A DNA stretch of 64,000 nucleotides, taken from IMG/VR virus record IMGVR_UViG_3300033141_006329, positions 62,001-126,000 of that record. One strand, given 5' to 3'. The notes below the pieces were generated by a model. It was not told where the DNA came from and ran no database searches. It was given only the letters and a program-made list of their open reading frames with translations. Made by a program: the position numbers and the translations under genes. Below, one piece after another: positions 10,841 to 20,654 of this stretch. Numbering within the stretch: the first letter of the stretch is position 1; every line of letters starts with the position of its first letter.

Positions 10841-11521
10841 TTACTTCCCTGCCACATCTGTTGGTTTTCTATTAAAATCAAAAATATTCCCTAAAGTTTG
10901 TGAACCTTTCGCTGCCTCGTTCTCTTCATCATCTGGATCCAAATTGTAATCATACTCATAATCAGTTAACATCTCTATTATAAGTTTGTCCGTCTCGATT
11001 TGATACTGAGCTTGCTGCATATTAAACATTAGTTTGTTTATATTATTTTGAATACACATGGTTACAAAATCTCTGGATTTACCTTTGTATCTAAATCTCT
11101 TTATAACTTTTCTTAACTTCTTCATTCTTTTGGTGGTTAATTTTATTCGATGTCTACATTGATTTACATTGGATTTCGCCATAGCAATCAGTCTATCTAC
11201 AACGTTCGTTTTTAGTGCCTTATCGTCGTTTAAACAGTGTTCTAACCACCCCATAAGTATTTCTATTGCCACTTCTTTTTGATCGTGAATATTGTCTTTT
11301 ACATATCCTGTTTCATCGTATTCTTTTCTCTTCTCATCATCACTTAGAATTTTGTAGGCTTTTGTGATATCAATAAATTCAGGACTTTCTTTACCATCAT
11401 TATGATCTGGGTGATGTTCATTTGCAAGTTTTCTATATGCTTTCTTTATCTCTTCCTTTGTAGCATCTCGTTCAATACCGAGAATATCGTACAATGCCCT
11501 TACTTTTTTATTTGATTTCAT
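10841..11521 (-). CDS. J-domain (DnaJ-like) co-chaperone
   Basis: LYDILGI..DA..EEIKKAYRKLA..HHPD, F..I..AY.ILSD..KR..YD; no G/F or Zn-finger region. Confidence 0.85.
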   Translation of the reverse strand: MKSNKKVRALYDILGIERDATKEEIKKAYRKLANEHHPDHNDGKESPEFIDITKAYKILSDDEKRKEYDETGYVKDNIHDQKEVAIEILMGWLEHCLNDDKALKTNVVDRLIAMAKSNVNQCRHRIKLTTKRMKKLRKVIKRFRYKGKSRDFVTMCIQNNINKLMFNMQQAQYQIETDKLIIEMLTDYEYDYNLDPDDEENEAAKGSQTLGNIFDFNRKPTDVAGK

Positions 11522-11534
11522 TTTGCCCCTTTAT

Positions 11535-11568
11535 AAAAAAGTGGGAGAGCAGATAACCACTCTCCCAC
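11535..11568 (-). terminator. Rho-independent terminator after the 1231-aa fibre gene
   Basis: GTGGGAGAG-N10-CTCTCCCAC 9-bp stem followed by T6 on the minus strand. Confidence 0.8.
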
Positions 11569-11586
11569 AAACAATAAAAATAATGA

Positions 11587-14500
11587 TTAATTAGACGCCC
11601 AATAAGAAACGATAATTTGATCGCCTGTATCAGGAGCAGTAGCAAAAGTCATTGTGGACCCGGCCAATGTATAATCATTGCCTCCTCCGCTATTTTGGAG
11701 TAGTCCATTCAAATAAACTTGCTCAGATCCTGAGATCGGAGTGTAATCTACTGTGAAGTCAGTAATAATATCATTAGGTGACTCATTAACGCCTTCTCTA
11801 ATTACGAAACGTCTGACTAAGCCAGTTCCAGCACCTAGTCCGATGGTCAAAGTACCAGCAGAAACGTCTAAAGTTTTTGCAGCACCAACAGTAATATCAG
11901 AAGTCGCAATAGTACAACCATCAATTGTACCTGAGTCAATATCAACCTTAGTAATATTCACTTCACCAGTTCCATCAGGTGTTAAATTAATATCACCATT
12001 AGAATCTGTAGAAGTAATACTATTTCCATCTAATCCTAAATTATCAATAGCAACAACACCAGTACCCTTAGGAGTAATATTAATACTGATATTATCATCA
12101 GTACCGTCAGCTGATAAAGTCGTTCCAACTAAGGTCACACCAGCAGCTGTGACATTAGTATCAAATGTCGTAGATTTGCTTAATGTAGTCGTACATGTAG
12201 CAAATGCAGCAACGGTAGAATCTGTACTAAGATCCTGATTAATTATAGAATCATCTTCAACTGTTATAGTCTTAGCATCAGCAGAATATGTAATCGTACC
12301 AGAATAGCCATCACCAACTGTTAAACTTTCGTTCATAGTAAGTGTATTAGCTTGCGTAAGAGAAGTAATAGTAACATCTGTACCATCACCAATTGTAAGA
12401 TTCTCATTCAGTTCAAGAGTTCTCAAAGCATTTTGTGTATCAATTGCTAATTGAACTTTCTCTCCACCAGAACCCGTTAATTCTATATCCGTACCATCTA
12501 ATACTGCCAAATTTTCACTAAGATCTAAAGTCCTAGTTCCATCTTGTGTATCAATATTCAATGAGGCTGCTTCTCCGCCCGATGCGGTTAGTGTTAAATC
12601 CTGACCATCACCAAGAGTTAAATCTTCATTAAGGGTCAATATACGATCAACGCCACCAAGAGCAACTGTCATATCTTCGCCGTTAGAATCTGTAAGTTTA
12701 ACAACTTCATTACTTGATAACGAAGTATTTAAAACTCTACCATTTGTAGTACCATCAGGAACTTCGTCTAAATCAACTTGATTTTCACCTGAACCCCAAT
12801 CTATATGAGTAGTATCAATACCATCAGCTTTAAGTCTCAGAGTATCAGTATCGATTTCTATAGTATCATCATCAACAACGACTGCAAGTATTCCTGTAGT
12901 GTGACTAAGACCAGCACCCGCAACAGAAGCTTCTAATCTAATACCAGATGTGCCATTAAATTCTAAACCACCAGCAGCATCAAGATTAACTCCAATAGTA
13001 TCACTATTTAATGCAAGACCTGCAGATGTACTAAAATCTAATTGGAAATCATCTGTCACTCTCTTAACACCAAGACTGGCAGATAAACTAGAAGAACCAC
13101 TAGAAGACACTGTTACCGAGTCCCCGGCTGCACTAGTTGTAAGCGTAATATCAGTTCCCGCGACGAATGTTAATGTATCAGCTTCTGCATCAGCTACAAC
13201 ATTATCCTGTCCTGAAACTGCAACTGTTTTAAATGCAAATTTAGCTGCTTGTGTATCAAACAACTCTTCAAGAGCACCTTCGACTGTTGTAGCAGTAAAA
13301 TTATTAGTAGTATCTACAATAGGCATATCATCAGCGCCAACTTGTCCTGCACTAGTTCCCCAATCAATTAGTGTATCATCAATACCATCAGCTACCAATG
13401 AAATAGCACCACTTGTAGCTGAAAAATGATCAGAATTAAAAGATGCTACACCCTTAGCAGATGTACTAGCATCATCACCAGTAACTGTAATATCAGCACC
13501 AGCACCTGAAGTTGTTATACCAGTTCCACCCTTAATACCAAAACTATGAGTACTTGGAGTAGCCGTACCACTATCAGAAGCAACAGATTTTGTAACTGTA
13601 TCTTCCAAGCTAATAACACCAGAAGAATCATCAAAGTCAGCTGCTGTGAATGCAGCAACACCCTTTGTAGAACCATCGGCAGCAGCATTGTCACCAGTAA
13701 CGGTAATATCAGCACCAGCACCTGAAGTTGTTATACCCGTACCACCCTTAATACCAAAACTATGAGTACTAGGAGTTGCAGCATCACCATCAGAAGCAAC
13801 AGATTTTGCAACTGTGGTTTCAAGACTAACTTCACCAGAAGAAACATCAAAATCTTCAGCTAAGAACTTAGCAACACCCTTGTTAGCTGTACTTGCATCT
13901 TCACCAGCTATAGTAATTGCATCGCCAGAAACTGTAGTCGTTATTCCTTCACCTTCAGTAAATGTAAATGTATCACCCAAATCTACAGCTTGGCTTCCAC
14001 CACCTATAGCTCCACCAGCCATAGTAATAGTAGGAGTCAAGAGTTTAGCATTTGAAACACCATCATCAGCAAGAGTTACATCACCAGTTGTTACTACGAA
14101 ATGTGTAGAATCGAAAGTTGCAACACCCTTGTTGGTATCACTTGCATCTTCACCAGAAACAGTAATAGTATCAGCAGTAACAACAGTATTAATACCTTCA
14201 CCTGCTGCTATTGTAAGAGTATCTCCTAAATCTAAATCATTGGGAGTCCCACTCTCAGCATCTAAAGTAATATGATCATGAAGTATATGAGAGTTCAAAA
14301 TACCGTGAGGTTTTACAGCTAATTGATCACTAACAATACCTAACGTAGCATCATCATAATCAACACTTATAGTCTTATCAGGTGACGCACCAGAAAGAGT
14401 AAGACCATCGTTTGCAGTAAGATCAACTGAAAGAACACCAGTCGTAACCGACAAACCATCAGAAATCTTAACTTTTCCCCATTCAGATGTACTTGCATAA

Positions 14501-15282
14501 GGAATAGAAACAGCACCTGACATATTCCATACTTCGCCATCGCCATCCCATGTCCAAGATGCATCACATGCTCTACACATATGCGTTTCATTGTCCACCA
14601 AATCAGCAAATAATCTACTAAATCCAAAGTTAGTAGATCCTGGTAATGCCGTTGGGGGGGCTACCAGATCAGCTGCACTTGCTTCATACATATTTAAAAG
14701 AGTAGTAGGTGCAATTAAACATCTACCTGCCGTTTCAGCATCATCTACATAAATTTTTGTATCTTCAGCTATCGTATCTTGCCAAATAATTAAAACATTA
14801 TTAGTATCATCTATTGTACTGAGAGCACTCGTAGCAGCAGAAATTGCAATATCGCCTGCATCTATAGCAGTTTCTAAATTTGCTAAAGTAATATCAATAG
14901 TTCCACCAACTGCAACATTGCCATCCATTGTAAAAGTTTCAGTATTGGTTCCATCATTCAAATAAATAACATCACCTGCTACAAGATTACTTGAAAGTGT
15001 TAATACTTGAGCAGCATATATACCACCAGCTGCGCCACTTACTAACTGAGTTTCTGCAAAAACAACTTCTTTCCAAGCCTTACCCTGTGTTGCAAGATCC
15101 TGTAACTGCGAATAATTTATAGCATCGCCAGAATCTGTACCATTGGCAATATTTGTTATTTTATTACTATTGGCGTTTAAATCAGTTTTGGTAAGAGCAA
15201 TAGACGCACTATCATTAATCTGTGCATTTGTAATGGTACCTTCCATTATCTGGGTTGTACCGCGAATTTTTGTTACCGCCAT
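11587..15282 (-). CDS. Long fibre-like virion protein with internal repeats
   Basis: 1231 aa, D/G/S/T/A-rich; multiple ITV.GEDAS..NKGVA.F repeats; shares modules with 1..2992, 3119..3598 and 15520..15987. Confidence 0.8.
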   Translation of the reverse strand: MAVTKIRGTTQIMEGTITNAQINDSASIALTKTDLNANSNKITNIANGTDSGDAINYSQLQDLATQGKAWKEVVFAETQLVSGAAGGIYAAQVLTLSSNLVAGDVIYLNDGTNTETFTMDGNVAVGGTIDITLANLETAIDAGDIAISAATSALSTIDDTNNVLIIWQDTIAEDTKIYVDDAETAGRCLIAPTTLLNMYEASAADLVAPPTALPGSTNFGFSRLFADLVDNETHMCRACDASWTWDGDGEVWNMSGAVSIPYASTSEWGKVKISDGLSVTTGVLSVDLTANDGLTLSGASPDKTISVDYDDATLGIVSDQLAVKPHGILNSHILHDHITLDAESGTPNDLDLGDTLTIAAGEGINTVVTADTITVSGEDASDTNKGVATFDSTHFVVTTGDVTLADDGVSNAKLLTPTITMAGGAIGGGSQAVDLGDTFTFTEGEGITTTVSGDAITIAGEDASTANKGVAKFLAEDFDVSSGEVSLETTVAKSVASDGDAATPSTHSFGIKGGTGITTSGAGADITVTGDNAAADGSTKGVAAFTAADFDDSSGVISLEDTVTKSVASDSGTATPSTHSFGIKGGTGITTSGAGADITVTGDDASTSAKGVASFNSDHFSATSGAISLVADGIDDTLIDWGTSAGQVGADDMPIVDTTNNFTATTVEGALEELFDTQAAKFAFKTVAVSGQDNVVADAEADTLTFVAGTDITLTTSAAGDSVTVSSSGSSSLSASLGVKRVTDDFQLDFSTSAGLALNSDTIGVNLDAAGGLEFNGTSGIRLEASVAGAGLSHTTGILAVVVDDDTIEIDTDTLRLKADGIDTTHIDWGSGENQVDLDEVPDGTTNGRVLNTSLSSNEVVKLTDSNGEDMTVALGGVDRILTLNEDLTLGDGQDLTLTASGGEAASLNIDTQDGTRTLDLSENLAVLDGTDIELTGSGGEKVQLAIDTQNALRTLELNENLTIGDGTDVTITSLTQANTLTMNESLTVGDGYSGTITYSADAKTITVEDDSIINQDLSTDSTVAAFATCTTTLSKSTTFDTNVTAAGVTLVGTTLSADGTDDNISINITPKGTGVVAIDNLGLDGNSITSTDSNGDINLTPDGTGEVNITKVDIDSGTIDGCTIATSDITVGAAKTLDVSAGTLTIGLGAGTGLVRRFVIREGVNESPNDIITDFTVDYTPISGSEQVYLNGLLQNSGGGNDYTLAGSTMTFATAPDTGDQIIVSYWASN
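13475..13830 (-). repeat. Intragenic tandem duplication, 216-bp (72-aa) period
   Basis: TCACCAGTAAC...GCACCAGCACCTGAAGTTGTTATACC...CCCTTAATACCAAAACTATGAGTACT at 13475 and 13691. Confidence 0.85.
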
Positions 15283-15302
15283 TCTTTATTTCCTCCTTGG
15301 TT

Positions 15303-15515
15303 TTAGCGTTGTCTCGATATAAACTTCCTGAGCATCATCAGCTCGGTGTCATGTCTAAAACAACAACTATTAAAATATTTAATTCTCCACTCATCTTCTG
15401 ACAACTTCTCTTCCACAGACTCAAACTTAAATATTTTTCCTTCAACCTCTAATAACTTACATCCCTTCATTTTCATATATGCCGCCAAGCCAAGGTTATC
15501 TATCTCTAATTTCAT
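15303..15515 (-). CDS. Small hypothetical protein (DUF5659-like)
   Basis: Start moved to MKLEIDNLGLAAY (GGAG RBS); LAAY pattern. Confidence 0.55.
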   Translation of the reverse strand: MKLEIDNLGLAAYMKMKGCKLLEVEGKIFKFESVEEKLSEDEWRIKYFNSCCFRHDTELMMLRKFISRQR

Positions 15516-15519
15516 AGTC

Positions 15520-15987
15520 TTAAACTCCATGTTTCTTAAAATAATTAACTGTAAGGTCATCTCCATTGAGAGGTGCACCGTTCAAAATAAATCCATTGTC
15601 GCCATCCAACAAATAATCACGACCAGCGCCCTGATCGAGTCTAAGACCATTTAAAAATACTTCTAATGATGTTTCCACAAAATTATATAATGTTGTGAAC
15701 GTTTTATTCACACCGTCTATATCTCCGCTAGGATTCTCGCCAAATATATATTTAACAATTCCTCCATACCCTAAAATCTCTGATATTATCTTCTCTGCAC
15801 TCCATACATTAACATCTGTATCACCACCATCATTTATTCCCCCAAATTTAATGAGGTTCCCTTCCATATCCTTAATGCAAATAGCCTTCTCAACATTTGA
15901 AAAAACTATTTCACGCTTTATAAGATCACTTGCAATGACCTCACTGGATATTTTAGTTCTTAATAGAATTTTCGAAAAAACTGGCAT
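15520..15987 (-). CDS. Structural protein carrying the shared C-terminal module
   Basis: P.G.IDG.NKTFT...SLEVFLNGL.L..G...DY...AP..GD.L.VNY matches 3119 and 11587 C-termini. Confidence 0.7.
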   Translation of the reverse strand: MPVFSKILLRTKISSEVIASDLIKREIVFSNVEKAICIKDMEGNLIKFGGINDGGDTDVNVWSAEKIISEILGYGGIVKYIFGENPSGDIDGVNKTFTTLYNFVETSLEVFLNGLRLDQGAGRDYLLDGDNGFILNGAPLNGDDLTVNYFKKHGV

Positions 15988-16002
15988 TAGGTGGTCTCCT
16001 TT

Positions 16003-16188
16003 TTAGAATGTTCCACCGCCATCAAGACAGTCGTATCGTTTTTTTCTATTTCTTCCCAGACCCGAAAGTTCACACGTTGCATCTAAAAAACCATCTTTAG
16101 ATACAGGTGTCTTTGCCTTTTTAACTTTTGTTGATTTTAAATCTCGTCCTCCTATCATCTTACTCTTTTTACTCCTTGCTCGTCTCAT
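16003..16188 (-). CDS. Small basic hypothetical protein
   Basis: 61 aa, K/R-rich, GGAG RBS. Confidence 0.5.
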   Translation of the reverse strand: MRRARSKKSKMIGGRDLKSTKVKKAKTPVSKDGFLDATCELSGLGRNRKKRYDCLDGGGTF

Positions 16189-16218
16189 TGTTTATCTTCG
16201 CGGACTCATATTCTTTTT

Positions 16219-16228
16219 TAGTTTGTCC
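16219..16228 (-). promoter_or_regulatory. Class 2 element (core only) at the head of the structural module
   Basis: aaataaaaGGACAAACTAAAAA. Confidence 0.55.
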
Positions 16229-16230
16229 TT

Positions 16231-16524
16231 TTATTTCTTAGTTGACTTCTTCTTTTTTGGAACCTTGATCTTAACCGTTTGAACTTCTTCTATTTCTTCG
16301 AATTCATCTTCTTCTGGAACAGGTTCTCTGGTGTTTAATTCCGCCTCTAATACTTCTGTGGTCGCATTTGTTATCACTTCTCCATCAGTACGATCTTTCT
16401 GCGGACTATTAATGGCCTCAACTACTTGGTTATATGCTGCCACTTCTTCACCTGATAAACTTGTTCTTGCGAGAAAAATCTTCATGTTTGCTATTTGACC
16501 ATCTGTTAACATATACTTCTTCAT
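16231..16524 (-). CDS. Hypothetical protein
   Basis: 97-aa ORF with AGGAG-like RBS. Confidence 0.55.
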   Translation of the reverse strand: MKKYMLTDGQIANMKIFLARTSLSGEEVAAYNQVVEAINSPQKDRTDGEVITNATTEVLEAELNTREPVPEEDEFEEIEEVQTVKIKVPKKKKSTKK

Positions 16525-16587
16525 AATTATTCCCCTTCTTTTAAATTTGTTTTATAATTTGTCCTACCTAATTTTCGTTACTATTGG

Positions 16588-16779
16588 CTAATCCTTTATC
16601 TTATATGCTGTTACTTTTTGATACCCTTCAAAATCTAATCTTTTTCCCCTAATTACAGCCTCAATTATATATCCATTTTCTTTCCTGGTTGTAATTTCTT
16701 TTTCTGCACTCTCTTTATCTCTACAATCGGCTATATGAGATTCATCATAATAACTACTAATGATATAATACTTATCCAT
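16588..16779 (-). CDS. Hypothetical protein
   Basis: 63-aa ORF, GAGGAG RBS. Confidence 0.6.
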   Translation of the reverse strand: MDKYYIISSYYDESHIADCRDKESAEKEITTRKENGYIIEAVIRGKRLDFEGYQKVTAYKIKD

Positions 16780-16794
16780 TTTTTCTCCTCTAAT

Positions 16795-17589
16795 TTATTT
16801 ACCCAACCTTGCTTTCACTACATCCAGCTGAAAATCATAACAATGCAATCCTTTACATGAAAATGATAAAGGTCCAGGCACAACATCTAATTGATCTGCC
16901 ACGTATTCATTCAAGAGTGTAAAACCTCCCATATTTGTAGGAAATCCTGAAAATAGATCCCAGCTACGATACACAACATGAGTAGTTAATTGCCCATCAA
17001 TAACTTTGAAATCTAGCAATCTTAGGCAGGGTGTTGTTCCTCTTCTTGATTCATCTGATTCCAATGCTGTCCCACATTTTGGACAGATTTTAATACCCTT
17101 TTTATAATGATTATTACACCGTACACATTTCATGAATGGCCAGTTGTAGGCCAAGCAACTATCAGAATCGCCTATAACAATAGTACAATGCTCCTGTGAC
17201 AACCCGTGAGATTTAAAATGATCTATCATCCATTCCAACTGATTAGTATGACATAACTCATTACCACCCACTATATACGATGCATATTTATAATGTTCAT
17301 TTGATGCAAGAGTTGGATTCATAAGATAATCAGCAAAATAATTATTAATTTCCTCATCAGTTGTTGGTCTGGGTAAATTACTACCTTCTGGCATTGTAGG
17401 TGCTAACGGTTTTCGATGTGGATCGTGTATAAATCCTGAAACAAAATCAAATGATAATCTTTCTGCCCCTGCAAAACTACCTGATGTAATTTTATATTTT
17501 CTTCCATTGTTCCAAACTTCCCACAATAATCTATGCCAGGTATCATTCAGATCTGTCCCCTCAATAAAAACTGGTTTAAATTTATTCAT
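16795..17589 (-). CDS. thyA: Thymidylate synthase (ThyA family) with a CxxC..CxxC Zn-ribbon insertion
   Basis: PCLR catalytic Cys, YRSWDLFSGFPTN, LHCY motifs; start set at MNKFKPVFIEG (AGGAG RBS). Confidence 0.8.
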   Translation of the reverse strand: MNKFKPVFIEGTDLNDTWHRLLWEVWNNGRKYKITSGSFAGAERLSFDFVSGFIHDPHRKPLAPTMPEGSNLPRPTTDEEINNYFADYLMNPTLASNEHYKYASYIVGGNELCHTNQLEWMIDHFKSHGLSQEHCTIVIGDSDSCLAYNWPFMKCVRCNNHYKKGIKICPKCGTALESDESRRGTTPCLRLLDFKVIDGQLTTHVVYRSWDLFSGFPTNMGGFTLLNEYVADQLDVVPGPLSFSCKGLHCYDFQLDVVKARLGK

Positions 17590-17611
17590 ATTTTCTCCTA
17601 CTTTTAATGTT

Positions 17612-17785
17612 TTACCTATATGTAGCCCAATCGGGCTTTTCCATATCACCTGTATGTTCACCTTCTTGATGATTTTTACATTTCTTGTTTGAACAATACC
17701 ACCAATAATCACAGTCGGGATGTTTATCTATATCTGGCTGTGTTACAACTATATTATAACCACAATCTTTACAAACTCCTGTCAT
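17612..17785 (-). CDS. Small Zn-finger protein
   Basis: CKDC...CSNKKC; start shortened from the ORF track to avoid overlap. Confidence 0.55.
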   Translation of the reverse strand: MTGVCKDCGYNIVVTQPDIDKHPDCDYWWYCSNKKCKNHQEGEHTGDMEKPDWATYR

Positions 17786-17795
17786 CCAAGATCTA

Positions 17796-18050
17796 TTATC
17801 CTTTCGAATACTTGTACCCATCATTTTGCTCCTTATAATAATTCCTTCTATCATTGTTGACTACGTTTGATATAAATTCAAACGCTTTTTGCTTCTTCTC
17901 TTCATCTCTAACCCACTTCCTTAAATCAGTTGCCAACTCTTGATTTTCTTCCTCTATTGTTCTAGCATATTCTAACATAGCTTTTCTGGATGCTTCTGCA
18001 TATATATCGTCGTGGTATTTAGATTCTGGTCTCAGCGTAAAATACTTCAT
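17796..18050 (-). CDS. Hypothetical protein
   Basis: Start moved to MKYFTL; common small phage ORF pattern (A.R.AM..YA..I...N.ELA.DL). Confidence 0.55.
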   Translation of the reverse strand: MKYFTLRPESKYHDDIYAEASRKAMLEYARTIEEENQELATDLRKWVRDEEKKQKAFEFISNVVNNDRRNYYKEQNDGYKYSKG

Positions 18051-18079
18051 TTTTAATCCACATTGTCCTTTTGACATTA

Positions 18080-18376
18080 TTACCATATTCCTTTCATCAT
18101 ATTTGTTCGATCCTGCTCTGTTACATCTCTGTAACACATATAGGTAAAAATTCTTTCGCCCTTATCTATTGATATAGTTACTCTTTTTCCTTTTTCCTCA
18201 TCTTTAACATTAACAAAATCTAATACAATGGTTTGAAATGGTTCTAATATATTTGGTAGTTCCACTTTAAGGTTATCTGTATTAACTTCTTCCACTTTAC
18301 ACTTACAAAGATGATTATATATATCTTTATAAGCTTTATCGTACTTATCTGAAAATCCTTGTACTCCTGCCATCAT
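18080..18376 (-). CDS. Hypothetical protein
   Basis: 98 aa; AGGAGG RBS, directly downstream of the 18399 motif. Confidence 0.6.
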   Translation of the reverse strand: MMAGVQGFSDKYDKAYKDIYNHLCKCKVEEVNTDNLKVELPNILEPFQTIVLDFVNVKDEEKGKRVTISIDKGERIFTYMCYRDVTEQDRTNMMKGIW

Positions 18377-18398
18377 GTTCCCTCCTATTTTATATTTT

Positions 18399-18422
18399 TA
18401 GTTTGTCCAGTCATACTACTGG
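18399..18422 (-). promoter_or_regulatory. Class 1 element (dyad plus core)
   Basis: CCAGTAGTATGACTGGACAAACTA. Confidence 0.7.
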
Positions 18423-18427
18423 TTATT

Positions 18428-18805
18428 TCACTTTTTCCTTCTCTCCTCAATCTCTTTATCGATTTGTCTGATTTCTTCTCTGTATTTTTCTACACTTTTT
18501 CGGTATCTATCGCAATGTTCTCCTATGAATTTTACAGGGAAATCTGCATCATCTAATATAGCATCCTCTATACTATAGCCTTCTATTTTAATCTTCTGTC
18601 CTTTGCCTGTAATTATTCCACCACTCACATTATAATAAGGATCTTTGGAATGGTCTCTTTCTAATATTTCCAGATATCCATCATAATAAGCTGGCATTTC
18701 ATACACTGACATTATATCAATATTACCACCAATAGCACATTCTAATTCTCCAGAAGGATCGGCTTCCTGTAATTGTCGTATTAGTTCCTTAGTTTTCATC
18801 TTCAA
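18428..18805 (-). CDS. Hypothetical protein, paralogue A
   Basis: MKTKELIRQLQEADP..E.EC...YYDG.LEILERDHSKDPYYN..GGIIT. Confidence 0.7.
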   Translation of the reverse strand: MKMKTKELIRQLQEADPSGELECAIGGNIDIMSVYEMPAYYDGYLEILERDHSKDPYYNVSGGIITGKGQKIKIEGYSIEDAILDDADFPVKFIGEHCDRYRKSVEKYREEIRQIDKEIEERRKK

Positions 18806-19160
18806 TTTCCTTATTTATTTTTCTTATCTCTTCTCTCCAACATTCTACCTTCTTGTGATAATAATCATCATGGCTGAAATCACCTACAAATTTGACTGGT
18901 AAGTCGGGATTATTACATATGGCATCTTCTATTGAGAGTGGTCTTATTATAACTTTCATTCCCTCTTTTGTAATTATTCCGCCACATATGTTATAGTAAG
19001 GATCTTTGGAGTGGTCTCTTTCCAATATTTCAAGACAACCATCATGATACGCATCCTCTTTGTAAACATAATATATTGGAGTATTACAGCCTACAACACA
19101 TTCTGTCTCACCTTCAGGATCTGCTTCTTGTAATTGTTTTATTAATTCTTTTGTTTTCAT
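18789..19160 (-). CDS. Hypothetical protein, paralogue B
   Basis: Highly similar to 18428..18805 along its whole length. Confidence 0.7.
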   Translation of the reverse strand: MKTKELIKQLQEADPEGETECVVGCNTPIYYVYKEDAYHDGCLEILERDHSKDPYYNICGGIITKEGMKVIIRPLSIEDAICNNPDLPVKFVGDFSHDDYYHKKVECWREEIRKINKEIEDEN

Positions 19161-19208
19161 CTATGATTCCCTGGAGGGGAATTAACCCCTCCCCTATTAA
19201 TTATTTTA

Positions 19209-19571
19209 TTACTTTGAATTACCTATGGAATATTTATCAAATGCAAATGGTAATACTTCCAACTTAACTTTAAGTTTCTCAACCTTCTCAATTGTTAGTT
19301 TGGGCAATTCGACAGATATTATTCTATTCGGATCTACACCATCCACTTTACAGTTGAAAAAACCGTTTAATAATATATCACCTTTTTTAGGCGTTTCTGC
19401 CATAGTATTTACTATATTGATTTTAAGGCATTCGCCACCATCTATCTTGATGTTTTCAAATTCCTCAAATATAGGTAATCTACTAGTTACCTCTAATATT
19501 TTCTGAATTGCCTCTTTATCAAAATCCTTTTCCTCTAATTTTTTTACATAAGTTTCCATATCAAATCTCAT
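19209..19571 (-). CDS. Hypothetical protein
   Basis: 120-aa ORF in the minus-strand operon. Confidence 0.55.
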   Translation of the reverse strand: MRFDMETYVKKLEEKDFDKEAIQKILEVTSRLPIFEEFENIKIDGGECLKINIVNTMAETPKKGDILLNGFFNCKVDGVDPNRIISVELPKLTIEKVEKLKVKLEVLPFAFDKYSIGNSK

Positions 19572-19574
19572 AAT

Positions 19575-19895
19575 TTATTCTTCCTCTTCTTCGTCTGTAA
19601 GTGTTTCGCCTTCTGGTATATCTTCATCGGGTTCTACTTCAAATTGAACATCACCCTCAGTCTCTTTAACCTTAGCTATTAATTCTTCCTCACTTATTGT
19701 GATTCCTACTGCTGTTACAGAGTTATTCAGTTGGACTACAAATAATGATGCACCCTTATCATCTACAACAAGTGTACCATCCGGTTCAAACAGTTTGAAA
19801 ATATCATCTTTCTGTAATTGTCCTAACTCTACTGCTTTCCATGTGGCATCTTTCATTAGAACTTCTACTTTTCTTAATTTATCTTTTGATATCAT
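19575..19895 (-). CDS. Hypothetical protein with acidic tail
   Basis: 106-aa ORF with GAGG RBS. Confidence 0.55.
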   Translation of the reverse strand: MISKDKLRKVEVLMKDATWKAVELGQLQKDDIFKLFEPDGTLVVDDKGASLFVVQLNNSVTAVGITISEEELIAKVKETEGDVQFEVEPDEDIPEGETLTDEEEEE

Positions 19896-19898
19896 TTA

Positions 19899-20078
19899 TT
19901 ATTCCTCTACTTTCATAAATTTTTCAATGACTTCTTTCGAAATTGGTTTAGGATACACACAATATTTTGTCGATCCTGGAATCATATTTCCTATATTCTT
20001 TTTATCCTGCTCTGTGAGTATTACCATTATAGGCTCCTGCTCGCCACTATATACTTTATCGCCTACTTTAATTTTCAT
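19899..20078 (-). CDS. Small hypothetical protein (59 aa, not in ORF track)
   Basis: MKIKVGDKVYSGEQEPIMVILTEQDKKNIGNM...; GGAGG RBS. Confidence 0.65.
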   Translation of the reverse strand: MKIKVGDKVYSGEQEPIMVILTEQDKKNIGNMIPGSTKYCVYPKPISKEVIEKFMKVEE

Positions 20079-20349
20079 CTACCTCCCCTAAAATTCCATA
20101 AACTTCATTCATTAATAAGACCTTATAAATTACTCTATCAAGAATCATATCCATCCCTGCACTCCGATGAAACATTATAGTATCACCAACTTTAATATTT
20201 TCCACTTCCTCTCCTATAGATGTGACTACACCATATCCTTGTGGATCTTTGTTCACACCAGATGGTAATATAAGACCTCCATCTGTTATAGATTCTGGTT
20301 CAAATAATTTAACTGCTAATTTGTCTTTAACTGTTTGAATTGTTTTCAT
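20068..20349 (-). CDS. groES: Co-chaperonin GroES (Cpn10) family
   Basis: T.GGLILP mobile loop, G.V..IG, IKVGD.IMF, YKVL...EVYGIL. Confidence 0.8.
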   Translation of the reverse strand: MKTIQTVKDKLAVKLFEPESITDGGLILPSGVNKDPQGYGVVTSIGEEVENIKVGDTIMFHRSAGMDMILDRVIYKVLLMNEVYGILGEVDEN

Positions 20350-20369
20350 TTTTTTACCCCTCTTATTAA

Positions 20370-20636
20370 TTATTGTCGTCTATCAGAATAGTCCATATAA
20401 TCGTTTATTTCTTTTGCTTCATCTTCTGAGAATAATACCTTCCAACCATCACTAGATTTTGAACCTGAATATTCATTTAATCTGCCAAGTAATTTCGATA
20501 TTACTCCTACACTCTTACTGAGTCTATCTCTTCTACTAACAATGAATCCTCTCAATAGTTCCTTGTTAGCTAGGGTCCATTCTTCATCACCTTCCAATTT
20601 ACTTAAAATTTCTTCAAACTCTTGTTTCTCAATCAT
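20370..20636 (-). CDS. Hypothetical protein
   Basis: 88-aa ORF with AGGA RBS. Confidence 0.55.
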   Translation of the reverse strand: MIEKQEFEEILSKLEGDEEWTLANKELLRGFIVSRRDRLSKSVGVISKLLGRLNEYSGSKSSDGWKVLFSEDEAKEINDYMDYSDRRQ

Positions 20637-20654
20637 TTCTTTTCCTTTCTTGGA

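Noticed and set aside
11753-14627. Plus-strand ORFs of 150-160 aa (11753, 12950, 13814) and alternative-frame ORFs
   Set aside because: Antisense shadows of the repetitive 1231-aa gene
16795-17589. dCMP hydroxymethylase (T4 gp42-like) feeding glucosyl-hmC
   Set aside because: The specificity residue is Asn, not Asp, consistent with a dUMP substrate
18428-19160. Diversity-generating retroelement TR/VR pair
   Set aside because: Differences between the paralogues are not adenine-specific, both copies are full ORFs, and no reverse transcriptase is present
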